Shown: one piece after another, positions 13,801-25,800 of the stretch
Numbering within the stretch: the stretch's first letter is position 1
Layout: every line of letters starts with the position of its first letter
Source: Antedon mediterranea
Taxonomy: Eukaryota; Animalia; Echinodermata
Length of the DNA stretch: 64,000 nucleotides
Assembly (NCBI RefSeq): GCF_964355755.1
Contig: NC_092675.1
Location: forward strand, 10,907,812-10,971,811
Direction: 5' to 3'
Translations under genes and position numbers: made by a program
Notes under the pieces: model-generated
What the model saw: only the letters and a program-made list of their open reading frames with translations
What the model was told of the DNA's origin: nothing
Databases searched by the model: none

Positions 13801-16800
13801 AAAACATGTACCTAAAAATAGACGAACTATATATAACTATTAATTATTACTGTATTAAAACTAGAAAACCACTCCGAGAGTGCATACCTCCGCCTACTGT
13901 AAAATTCTTCTACAGATTTAGTCACCGGAAAGTGTGTGTCTTAATGCTGTGTGTGATTTAGGCTAATTTCAATATAAGCATGTGTATGTGAGTTTGGTGT
14001 AAAGGTCATGTAACCCACCTTTCAACTAACAATAGCTTCAGCCGACTAACAATAGAACAGAAACGCGAAAATCAAACGAGTGAATTTGAAAAGAAATAGG
14101 GTTTTTAAACTCCTCACATCAAAAACTTGTACACTAAATCTAATTATGTTTTAAAATTAAAAAACACAAAATATAACTCTTGTACAAAAATTAAGTTTTT
14201 TGGACAAGTAGTTCTCGAGAAAATACAATTTTAGTTTACTTGTTACTTTAATTAAGACTGCTTTTGAAATTTTTATTGTCCCTTTGACTAATTCCAAAAA
14301 AATAAAAAATAAAATATTTTGAGAAAAAAAAATGGTCATTTTGAGGTATCATAATAGTTATTAACTTTCAACTTTCTTGTGCTGCAAAAAATCGATCCTA
14401 TTATTATACTTCTAAATTGATGATATCTTTGATTCATTTTGATGTACCTATGTTAAACTGTATGCAATATATACAAGATACAAGATAACTTTATTGTCAA
14501 AATTGTTAACAATTTCGAGATATGTTTTGTACCTGAGTAGAATAAATAATACGATGTGATAACTATATAAATAAATACAAATGATACAAGTGACTATCTT
14601 GAAAAGTTTTTGTTAAATAAATTGCATGCTATGTACATTGGTGAAAATCTGAAACGGTTTGTGGATATTTTTTCCTGTGTCAGTCTAACCCTTCCTGATC
14701 TACTTATAATGATGTCTGAATGTAGGTGTGATGGGTCTTGCATAATTGTGTCAAATTTCTTAAGTATGAATGTATTAAATATTTCATCCAAAGATTTCAC
14801 TTCTACACCGATAACTCTGCTGACCTTGTTTACTAATCTCTGAATTTGACTTTTACTGTTTACATTGATATGAGAAAACCAAACAATAATACAATAAGAA
14901 ATGATTGATTGAACAATAGAGGAATAAAACATATGAATGAGATGAGAACTAACATTAAACCGTTTCATTTTGTATATCAAGTACATTCTCTTATTAGCCT
15001 TGGTACGGAGTTCTTTAGTGTTGCTCTCCCAATTTAGTTTATTATCAATTATTAATCCCAAGTACTTATGACTTTCTACTATTTCAACAATTTCATTATC
15101 GATTTCAATATTTACATGATTAGTTTTATTTTTCCTTCTAAAATCGACAATAACCTCTTTAGTTTTTTTTGGCATTTAGTTCAAGAAAATTTTGTTTAGT
15201 CGAAGAGGATTTTATAAACGGAGAGGCTATCATACAATGTACATTTGATTCAGGAATCCAACAACAGTCTTCTTTGGACGGCCAATAAAAGGTTTTCGCT
15301 GACCCATGAGGATGCATAAATTTAATTTGAAAATCCCCAAACTCTTCTGAGAGTGAGACATCCACCACCAAACCAATCCATGGGACACCATCATAACTAC
15401 AGCACACAAAATTCTGAAGTCTAATAATGGTGGGTTGTGTATCAGCAACAATTTCATTTTCATCACTGAAAGATTCTTGAATCACTACCACATCCGGAGG
15501 GTTTATCTGGGTACTAAGTTTGTAGACCTGCATCTGTGGGATGACAACCTTTAAAAAGGCATATACAGTAACTGTTGTATGTTCTCTGCAATCACTTATT
15601 ATGCATATGTTAATGTGCATAATAACATAGTAAGGACACTAAACTATGTGTCAAAATTGATTTGAAAAGTATGTGAGTTACCCAGTATTTCTCATATCAA
15701 AATATATCTACTGTTTAAGTGGGCCTGATGAGAAAGCGTAACAATAAGACACCTTAACAGTTAGTGTTCACACTGTGTATAAGTAAAACAACACCAAAAA
15801 TACACTATAAAGGAAGAGGTATGTCAACTTCAAATTGTAATTTCATGGAAACAAAGAAAAAAACCCCTCCAATTTTTTTATATGTTGTAGTTGACACGTA
15901 GGGCTACATTTTTCGTGATAGTCACCAACAAATCGGGCGTGTTCCACGGGGTCAATTTCAAGGTCAAAATATATGTCAAAGTTTTATTCAACTTAAAATT
16001 AACATAAAACACACACAATTAGTATATTTAGGTTCCTTATGGTCTCCCCTTTACAAAAATACCTTTGTTTTTAAAATCGAACCTATAGTTCCCGAGATAC
16101 AGCTCTTTGAAACGTGGCGGCCGCGCGCTTTTTTGCGTAAAAACCGAAAATTGAAATTGCGATATCTCAAAAACCGTTGGTCCGATAAAGTTAAAATTTG
16201 AAATTTTGGCTTTAATTGCTATGAATCACCCATATACCAAATTTCATCAAAATTGGAAGAGGTAGGGTTTAAAATTCCATTTGTTTTGGGTGAACTGAGA
16301 TGGAATGACCCCACAATATTCTCAGGCTAACATATGATAACTTTCACAAAAAATTTGTCCAAAAAAAATCATTTAAATGTAAATACAGACGTTTTTTTGT
16401 TCAAAAAATAACTTTGACTTCCAGTCAAAGTTTTTGATCAAAACATATCTCATAATGCAACGCGCTTGTTTGGCTACTCTGTATGCATCATAAAACTTCC
16501 ACACGATCTGTGTGAAAACACCTTCTCAACCGTAACGAGTTGTAAACAATCCTAATTAGCATCATGCATAATGCATACTCGTGGTTTGAAATCTTTGTTT
16601 ACCTTTTTTTTCCAGACGAAATGTAATCAAATTAATTTATCTGTTAATTACGTAAACTTCTTGTTTTTTGCTTGAGTTTTCAGCTTCAAGTGAATAACTT
16701 TAATATTACTTTGATATGGCCAATTTAAATTTAGAATATTTTGTTCTTCATTTTTTGTGTTTCAAGGGACAATACATCTTTAACACAAGCAGGTCTGAAA

Positions 16801-19800
16801 AGTATACTAAAAAGTGGTCCCAACTGGTCCCACAATTTAATGGAATCTACCTTGACCACATATCTATCTGTACATTCATTTTGGTAAAGATCTTACTTTT
16901 TGAGTAATCCTGCTAACAAACAAACAAACACACGCGATCGATTACATATACCTCCTTGGCAGAGGTAAATTAACATCACCTTATTGCACACTGATTATAT
17001 AATCTTAGTTCATTACAAATGAGAAATCATGTCTGTTTTGACTATGTAGTGGGTGGGATTTGTCCAACATTAAATTGCATTTATTTTTTTTCCGAACATT
17101 CTCTTCATACAGCGTTTATTGTGGTAATATCACACTTTATACATCGTTCGGCTGAGCCTATTACTCACTCAAACTTCCCAAAAGTGCAGATTAAACAAAA
17201 ATTAAGTATACTCTGGATAACTGACCTATAAAATAGTAGCATAATGGATTTATAAAAAAAAACACACTTTTTAACTTTCAGTTGCCTTAATAGCCAATTT
17301 TTCAATATGTGCATTCCAGCTTTAATTTATCATCAATTGTGATTAAAAGCTAACAATATTTCTATACTCTTTCTGCACATTCATCATTTATAACTATCGG
17401 ATCATGGTCAGATTGCCTACTCCTAAAATCATAAATAATCTATTTAGTTTTATTTAAATTTAAATTAAAAAAAATTATTCTTACACCATATAATAATTAG
17501 GAGGCATCATTACCTTTTACAAAACCACAAATGACGGCATCATCTGCCTATTTAATTATGCTTACATTAGGCGTGGAACTTTTACAACTGCTTGCAAACA
17601 ACGTAAAAGAGACTGGGGACAGCACGCATCCCTGAGGACCGCCTGTGTTTATAGTGCGTAACTTTGACTTTATGCTATCAATTTGTGTTAATTCCTCTCT
17701 CTCTCTCTAAAGCTTTGAATCCACAGTGTGAGTTTAGGGTAGACAATCATTTCAATAAGTTTGTTTACCATAATGTAAGGTTGGATTGTGTTGAAGGCAC
17801 TACTAAAATCTACAAATAAAGAGCTTGCGACTCAGTCGGGCAGCAAAGTGCTCATTTAGCCGTTTTTCAACTGCGCAGGTCATCGTATTACAGTATATTG
17901 ACTTCCGGTCCACTGGCAAGCATTTTAAATGGGAATACCCTTACAAATCTGCTGCAATTTCCACCATCCCGGTTAAATATATATGGAATTTAAATCTACT
18001 AGATGGTACGCTCGCTTCGCTCGCGTACCATCTAGGTCATGCCAACAGATGGTTCTCGAATACATAATAATTTCAGCGTTAAAAAACTGGCGATTTCAAA
18101 TGTACGTACCGCAGGATAATAATACATGTCGTTTACAGCCTACAGGAACGAATAAATAGACACTGTGATTTATGTACTCAACTAAAATTAGCACCATGGG
18201 AATTACTTCCGAAAGAGAAACTTGTCACAAAATGAGACCAATTGTTTAAGTCAAATTTAAACAAACTTAATTTGTGTTTTGTATGTAACATTAGGGTTGA
18301 GGGATGGGGAAGAGGATGGGTGCAAAGAGGAACAATTTTTAAATATTATTCTTTATCCATTTAGTAACGAAATATTAATTGAACTTATTCAACCTTATGT
18401 TCCTAAGCGGTCTCTGAGATCTAGATCTGAGTCTCTTCTTGCCCATATATTTCATCCTTCCACTAAGTTTTATGGAAATCGTTCATTTTCTTCGGCATCC
18501 GTTTCTCTATGGAATGCGTTGCCTATTGAAATCCGTCAGGCTACTTCCACCAGTGTCTTCAAATCTCTCCTCAAACCCCACTTTTTAATTTGTAAATTTC
18601 TAAATTGTTCTGTCTTTGTAAAGCGCATTGAGGCTTTCAGCATAATGCGCTATATCAAGTACCAGTTATTATTATTACCTCCGCCAAGGAGGTTATGTTT
18701 TCACCCCTGTATGTTTGTGTGTGTGTTTGTGTGTGTGTTTGTGTGTTTGTGTGTGTGTCTGTGAACAGCCTGGAGGCCACAGTTTTTATCCGATTCTAAC
18801 CAAATTTGGACACAATGATCTATGCCCAAAAAGCTCGGACGAGTTCGAATTTGAGGGGGAAAGGTCATAGGTCAAGGTCACAACTAACAAAAAACTATTT
18901 TACTGCCTAGAGACCACAGTTTTGATCCGATTCTCACCAAACTTAGCCACAATGATCAATGACACATCATATAATTGTGGTTACATTTTGAAGGGTCAGG
19001 GTCAAAGATCAAGGCCCACCAAAAAAAAAAGAAATTAAAAAAAAAAAAAAAAAAAAAAAACAACCCTCAGTGGGACTTGAACCAGCGATCTCAACTGTAA
19101 GAGGCTGGATACATAACCATTTCACCACACTGTCATCCACAACTTTGTAGTGTGCAGTTAACATATTTACACTTAGAACTAATAAAAAAAAATGTAAAAA
19201 AAAAAATATTCAGGGGGCATTTTATGTAGGGGAATTTTACAGTAGGCGGAGGTTTGTACTCTCGGAGTACCCTCTAGTTATTATTATTATTGTTTTCATG
19301 TTTTACAAATAACATACCACTAAACACAGTAAAACATTGCGATGTAATACTTTGTTGAAACTATCACCATCCTAGTCGATTGAAATAGTACAGTAGGCCC
19401 TACATGTAACGATACATCACTACGACGTGTATATGTTTATATAATGTAAAACAATTTGTGAAAACCCCCTCTATTCGGGGAAAATCATAAATTCGATTTA
19501 ATCGTCAATAAATATTAAATTATCTAACTCAACTTAATTAGTAGGCCTAATGGTTTTCAATTGTTTCTTAGAGCCAATTCCTACCCTACCCACCAAAGTT
19601 GTTCTGCGTTTAGGGCATGTGATGTACCGTAGGCCTATCCTCTACTGGTTTTACAACGCTACTCATGCCAGTGAGGGAAGGGTGATGATGTGGGTGGTTT
19701 AACTGCAATAATAAAGATTTATACATAATATACGGCGAGTGAAAATGCTAGCTCTTTATCCGTTTAAAAAAAATTTATATCCAACCTCTGCAGCACAGGT

Positions 19801-22800
19801 TGAAAAAAAAAATGGATCGAATTTCTGTTATGAGTATACAGTACTTGCCTTTACGACGCCTGAGGGAATAGACACTTGTGGAACAGAGATTGGAATGTTC
19901 CATTCATCGCAAATCAATACATTTGTATAAATGTATATTAAATCTATCAAAATAGTATTTTTTAAAGAAAATCGGCCTGTCTTCAACATTATGATGCTGT
20001 ACTCGAGCTGTTCAACCGGTTTTCAGCCATTAAAAACAATTATCGTAGGAGGAGATAGGAAAATGCGAAGCATCCTCGTATTATCGTCTGCGGGTATTTT
20101 TCAAGACGGACATCCATTAGACAGTGTATACCACGATCGAAAAACACCCCTATTTGGGGAAAATCGTTGAACCTAAATTCGTTTTAATCGTCAATAACTA
20201 ATTATCGAACTCAATTTAATTAGTAAACAGGGTTACATCAGGCGGTTAAAATCAGTACCGAAAGTACGAACCAATTTTATATACCATCGAGTAAACATTC
20301 TAGAAATAACGCGCGATTTACCGAATTTTGCCCTTACGTAAATTTATATATAGATATTTGGAATTGATATTCCTAATATGGAAGATTGTTCCCGCCATGA
20401 AATGTTTGTTGAAATAGCCCAGGAAATGACGACAGAAGCTTAAAGAAGAAAAAATTGCAGCTGGAGGTGTGCGTTGAGGTAAGTTACAGGATTTGTTTGT
20501 TTGGTTTCATAGGGAATCCGGCACTTTTCTCATCAGCACAAAACCTTTATAAAAACTTGTGTTTGGTTATTAGATTATTAATCTATCTTTTCTGAAAGTT
20601 TAAGCTTGGTTTAGCTTGTGGGACGGATTCAATATCCATTCAAAGCTGGGGATATATTCTAAGCAGACTCCATCTTGGATTTGTATGTTTACAGTAGTAC
20701 AGGCCGTGTGGTTGAGTAATTTCAATCCTTCAAAAATCACGATATGTAATCAGTTTTTGAAGATATGTTATTAGTATTTGGTGCTAGTTTGGTAAATATT
20801 GCAGTGTAATTGTAGATTATTAGGTTGTAAAAAATTGTACCCAGTGCTATTTGTAGGGATAGAGAGGGCTGCAGGGTTTAGTGGCATATCGCTGACTTAC
20901 TCTAATCAATGTGACGAACTAGTATGCTTAACATTTTTAATTTTATATCAACTGAATTATGAATATATATTGGATATAAAGGCCCACACCTAAACCTTGT
21001 TATTTAAATTTATTTTTGCCAAAAAAAAAGACTATGGAATACATTGTCAGGGCTGCAAATTAAGGGGTATTTGGTCGCATTTGCGACCTAATTTTTCTGT
21101 TTGCGACTAAAGAAACAGAATAGGTCGCGCATAGCGCGACAAGATCGTCTTCTTGTGCGAGTTGTTTCAAATTGAAGTCAGGTGTGTTTTCCCTATTTCA
21201 AACACTGTGTAATTTAATCTCTCTACTACGGAAGGCTCAGGAGTTTCCACTAGTCACCGCCGCCGCAAAGGAGTCAGGTTCATTCAAGCGTACAAAGCCC
21301 CTAAACATTTTACACTCGTTGTGATTGGAAGTTCGTCCATTTATTGCATGCTGCCTTACCCAATCACACAAAAGGACACCAAACATACAGCACAGTGTGA
21401 CGCGCGGACGACACAAACCTCGTGGAAAATCACCTCCGTTTTAAAGAAGGAATATAAAAACAATTGTACCGCCGTACACAGAAGTTAGCCAGGGCGGGCG
21501 GGCGCGGTAGATACAAAGGATTGTCGCCGCGCAGTCATCAGCATTTTTTAGGCAGTATAAATGGTTATATCATGATTACTAAATAATGTAATTAATGACG
21601 TTTTTCCCCTCCAAATTCTGGTCGGGTCTTTTGTCGTAATAATAATTTACAAAGGCATGTTAAATCTTAACATGGAATATATATTTATTTTGCATATATT
21701 TTGTTGGTGTCCTAGCCAATGTGTTGTTTTTATAATTCGCTAAACCAAGGTAGGATTGAATCACGTAGGCCGCCGAAACTCTCTCTGCGTGAGCTGAGGG
21801 CCTCGGGCCCGATTTCGTCTCGTCGGCGGATGTCCTGCCAAATTAGGACAACCGATGTGTAGGGCGGCTACAAAAATTAATGTCTAGGATTTTAATTAGC
21901 CAACAATACATGTTTGTTTCCATTGTTTATGCTCCTAACTAAAGGCGATGACATTGGTGTTTACAAATTACTAACCTTACGAACCACCCTACGATCGACG
22001 CGTAGATATTATCATAAAATCGTAGGCATGGCAACGAACAATACTTTGGAAATTACAGGATATGTTTAGCGAACAATGACCTACGATCTATTTACGCGTA
22101 GGCTACGAAAGGTTACACGTATATACAAAGCAGTAATTTCTTTCTGTACCGTAAAAATATAAGTGGCGCATCAGGACCAGTGCCTAAATGTGCATAACCC
22201 AAATTAATTGAATTCTTCAGTGCTGAATTTTTATGTGCTCAGAAATCGATTGAAACAACCTATAATTACTCAAAAATCCCCCCCCCCCCCCAAGCGAGGC
22301 CATTGGCGGCCCCCTGACCCCCAGCCTAAGGTTGTACTGTATTTCATTTTTATACACCCCCACCCCCCCCCCCCCCCACCCCCTGCGCGGATGGGGTTTG
22401 AGGGAAGGGGGTTAGTTGTCGATGAAAAGGTGCTACCAAAAAATTGGTGGTGCTACCAAAACTTATTATGAGCCATCATAAAAATTTGATAGTGCTACCA
22501 AGTAAAAAAGTTAATTTGCAGCCCTGATTGTGGCTGTTGGAAGTTTGTAATTATGTAATGACAATAATGTAGCCTAGGACTGTAGGTAGGAGGAGGTAAT
22601 TATTACGTAGTAAGATTATTTTTATTGTAACATACTTTAGTGATGGTGAAAAAAATTGATGACTGAAGTTGACAATAAAATTATTTAAATATGAAAAGCT
22701 CATTCTTGGTGCTTTTTTCTTTCAGGTTTCTAACCAACTTGTGATTCATCTTGTGCTGCAAAACATCGATCCTATTATGATACTTGTAAATTGATGATAT

Positions 22801-25800
22801 CTTTGTGTTTCATTTTGATGTACCTATGTTAAACTGTATGCAATATATATACAGAATTGAGTGTATACTGTATATATACACAAAATAGGGAGCACACTAA
22901 CATTTGATTTTCTTCAGGTCATAATGGCATAATCTTTTTTATTGTGCACAATATTCTAACGTATGATGTGCACATGGTTTGTCGTGCGGATAACTAACTC
23001 GTCAAAGTGACAAGTTCAGATCTAGTTTTATTTGTTACTTACCTTTTCAATGTTATTAAGCCCATGTAGAAGTCTTCTGCTATATACTTAGACAGCCCTT
23101 CTAGTCCACCATTGTCATCAATAATTGACTTGCGTATCAAATTTGACATTCCTGTTACGCAATTCGTTCGAATAGCGCACATGGTTAAATACATACGTGC
23201 ATGCCAACCACCGAAAAATACCTGTTAAATATGATTATGAGAATTATGATTTATATTTAATACATTTGAGATCTTATTAGGAATTATAACATAAAAACAT
23301 TTTCCCTCAGCTCTACAGGGAAGTGTAGTCCCTCAAGAAAAAGCTTGGGGGGAATCTCAATTTGTCAATATCATTGTGGCAGAGTTTGAGAGTCCGATAA
23401 AATTTGTGCGGCCTGCAAGAGATACATATTAAGAAATAGTATTTTGTAGATTGTGAATTTGACCTTATAAAAACGGTCCATATTATCCCACACTCTTAAG
23501 TGTAATATTTCATATAAATTTAAATGAGCATGATATTGACAAACATTTTAAAAATTGGTTCATAATATTATCAGCAAGCAATACATTAGTTCAACAGTAT
23601 CCATCACTAGTTTGCGTTTCCAGTTCGCCCTCGATTGCCATTTGAAAATACTATTCAAAGTGCATGTTTCTACGCCTTGTACATGGATAGATTATCCCAC
23701 AGTACTAGGCATACTATATTCATTTTAAAATTAAGCGGTCAGTTGGTAAACCTACCTAGGCCCAGGAGGAACGTTTTCACATTACTTTAGTTACACACAA
23801 CAGTATCTAAAATGATTAAATATTTACCTTTTCAAGTGTACATGAGAAGCCCTTGCGATCACAAGTAAATGGAAGTTGATGGACAATACCCACACCTGGG
23901 GTCATGTGCATAACCATGTCAAGTAAAGTATCTTTGGTTGCTACAAAAGACAAGCATACACATAATTAATATCATATCATCAATAAAACAGTTTACAAAT
24001 ATTTTATCAAAAAATGTTGAATTGTCATATGAGGTTCAATTTTGTAACAACCACTGAGCTAGCGCGAAACTATTATATAGCCTACTGTTATTAAGGAAAG
24101 GACATTTCATAGCGCGCTAGCAAACAGCACGATCGTAGTCTACTTTTTCCGCCGGTAAACATACGTGATAAGAAACATTTTTTGCGTTCATTACGAACCT
24201 CATGGAGAAGTCCCCAATGAAATAAAACTAGGCCTCCTCATCAGTAAGACAATCTAGTTGGCCGGAAATAAGACTTCATAAAATCATAGCGCGCTAGCAA
24301 AAAGCAAAACGATTGTAGCCTTCATTGAATGTATAAATGAATTGCGCCTAGCAAATCAATCGCGCCTTTGTCATTTGATGATGTGCGTACGTTACCGATA
24401 AAAGGGTAAATCCCACCGATCCATAGAGAGTCGATTAATTCAATGTGATGTTGAAAATATCATTGATATTTATTTTTTAATATAACATTAAAAAATCAAT
24501 CATTGTTTTAACTGAAAACTTTATTTACAATATACAAGTTACTGCATTTTAGACAATTCAGACAACAGCCAATACTGGAGATCGAAAGAGAGACATGGCA
24601 GTAACGAAACATGTGTTTACACGTCTTACGACGGCGGCTGGTAAAAGCGCATCTCAGTTGTTATAACACTTTGTTACGCAGTCTTTTGTGTCTTGGCTTG
24701 TAATATCGTCTAGTGGTAATGTCACGTGTCTCGTATGAATTAGGCTCTTTATGCATGCCACGCCTAAGTTCTAGAAAGTACCTGCCTGTTATTAATCTAT
24801 TTTTAGATTGGTTGTGGTTGATATTTTAAGCGTCACGGATAAGGTTTTAAGCGTCACGGCTGACCGTAAAGCGTTACGGTAGAGAACCCAAGCGTCACGG
24901 TACCGTGACGCTTCAAAGGCCTGGGGAGAACACTGCATATTATGTATGTACAATTCATTTCAATTGTTGTTGTAAAACGTTCACGCTTTGCTGGTCGAGG
25001 TCATAACTCGATCGCTCGATAAACTCTCCAGAAAAACACGAGCGGGAATGTCGAAAGTCCTCTGACCAGTACTGTACCACGTATATAACTCAAATAGGAA
25101 ATGGATCCATTTAAGGATGAAAAGAATAGAGTAAACTCTACTCTAGTGCCTGTAAACAGAAATGTTAACATGGATTATTTAAGAAGATGATAATAATAAA
25201 AACAATAATAGGTTTTTGATGATGACCTACCATTAATACCACTATCACTAATGAGTATCAGGTTATATTTGGCTGCTTTGTAGCCAGACATCAAGTTGTT
25301 CAACTTAGGGTTTGCACCTATCCTAGTATTTCTACCTGCAAAGATAAAAACATAACAGGCATAAAATCTACATAAATCTAAAATAATTATATATTTTTAT
25401 TCTTGACAGAAAGAAAATGTGTAATTAGGATTCTACCACCATCCACTGCAGTATACAGTAGTAAAAGCTTTACCGTTACATACTTTTTTGCAAGCTTTTG
25501 TTATTTTAATTTAATTTTCTTGTTAATTTTCAAACAAGGGATGTCAATCAAAAAGATGTTAAACAAGGGATGTCAAACAAGAGACCTCAAAATAACAAGC
25601 AATGAATAAATTACAAAATGCGAATGTACATTTTTGGGATATAGACACATTTCGACCTACAAATAAAAAATACACAGGACTTAATGTATAGCAAAGAATT
25701 AAATTACAAAATTATTATCATTAAATAAATTCGTAATTCTTCAATGTACACGATTTAGACTTGGCCAGAGTTGATTATATAACATAATTTTCTCTTAAGA

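Larger units (their letters stand above)
14271..16783. mobile_element. TTAA-flanked MITE (same family as 55429-55969), split by a ~2-kb insertion
   Basis: 14274-14370 and 16338-16783 match the reverse complement of the two parts of 55429-55969; TIR GGGACAATACATCTTTAA ends at 16783. Confidence 0.8.
13859..16968 (-). mobile_element. HINE-like (Helentron-associated) element interrupted by nested insertions
   Basis: 3' end: CTAG 13861, hairpin CACTCCGAGAGTG 13870-13882, subTIR CCTCCGCC 13887. 5' end: CCTCCTTGGCAGAGGTAA 16951-16968 with an (AAAC)n microsatellite. Same architecture as 18674-19279. That both ends belong to one copy is inferred. Confidence 0.6.

Noticed and set aside
19064-19134. 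Functional tRNA gene
   Set aside because: Acceptor and T stems pair poorly, the anticodon loop is irregular, and it lies inside a transposon.
22208-22471. Proline-rich ORF
   Set aside because: Produced by poly-C runs inside a non-autonomous transposon.
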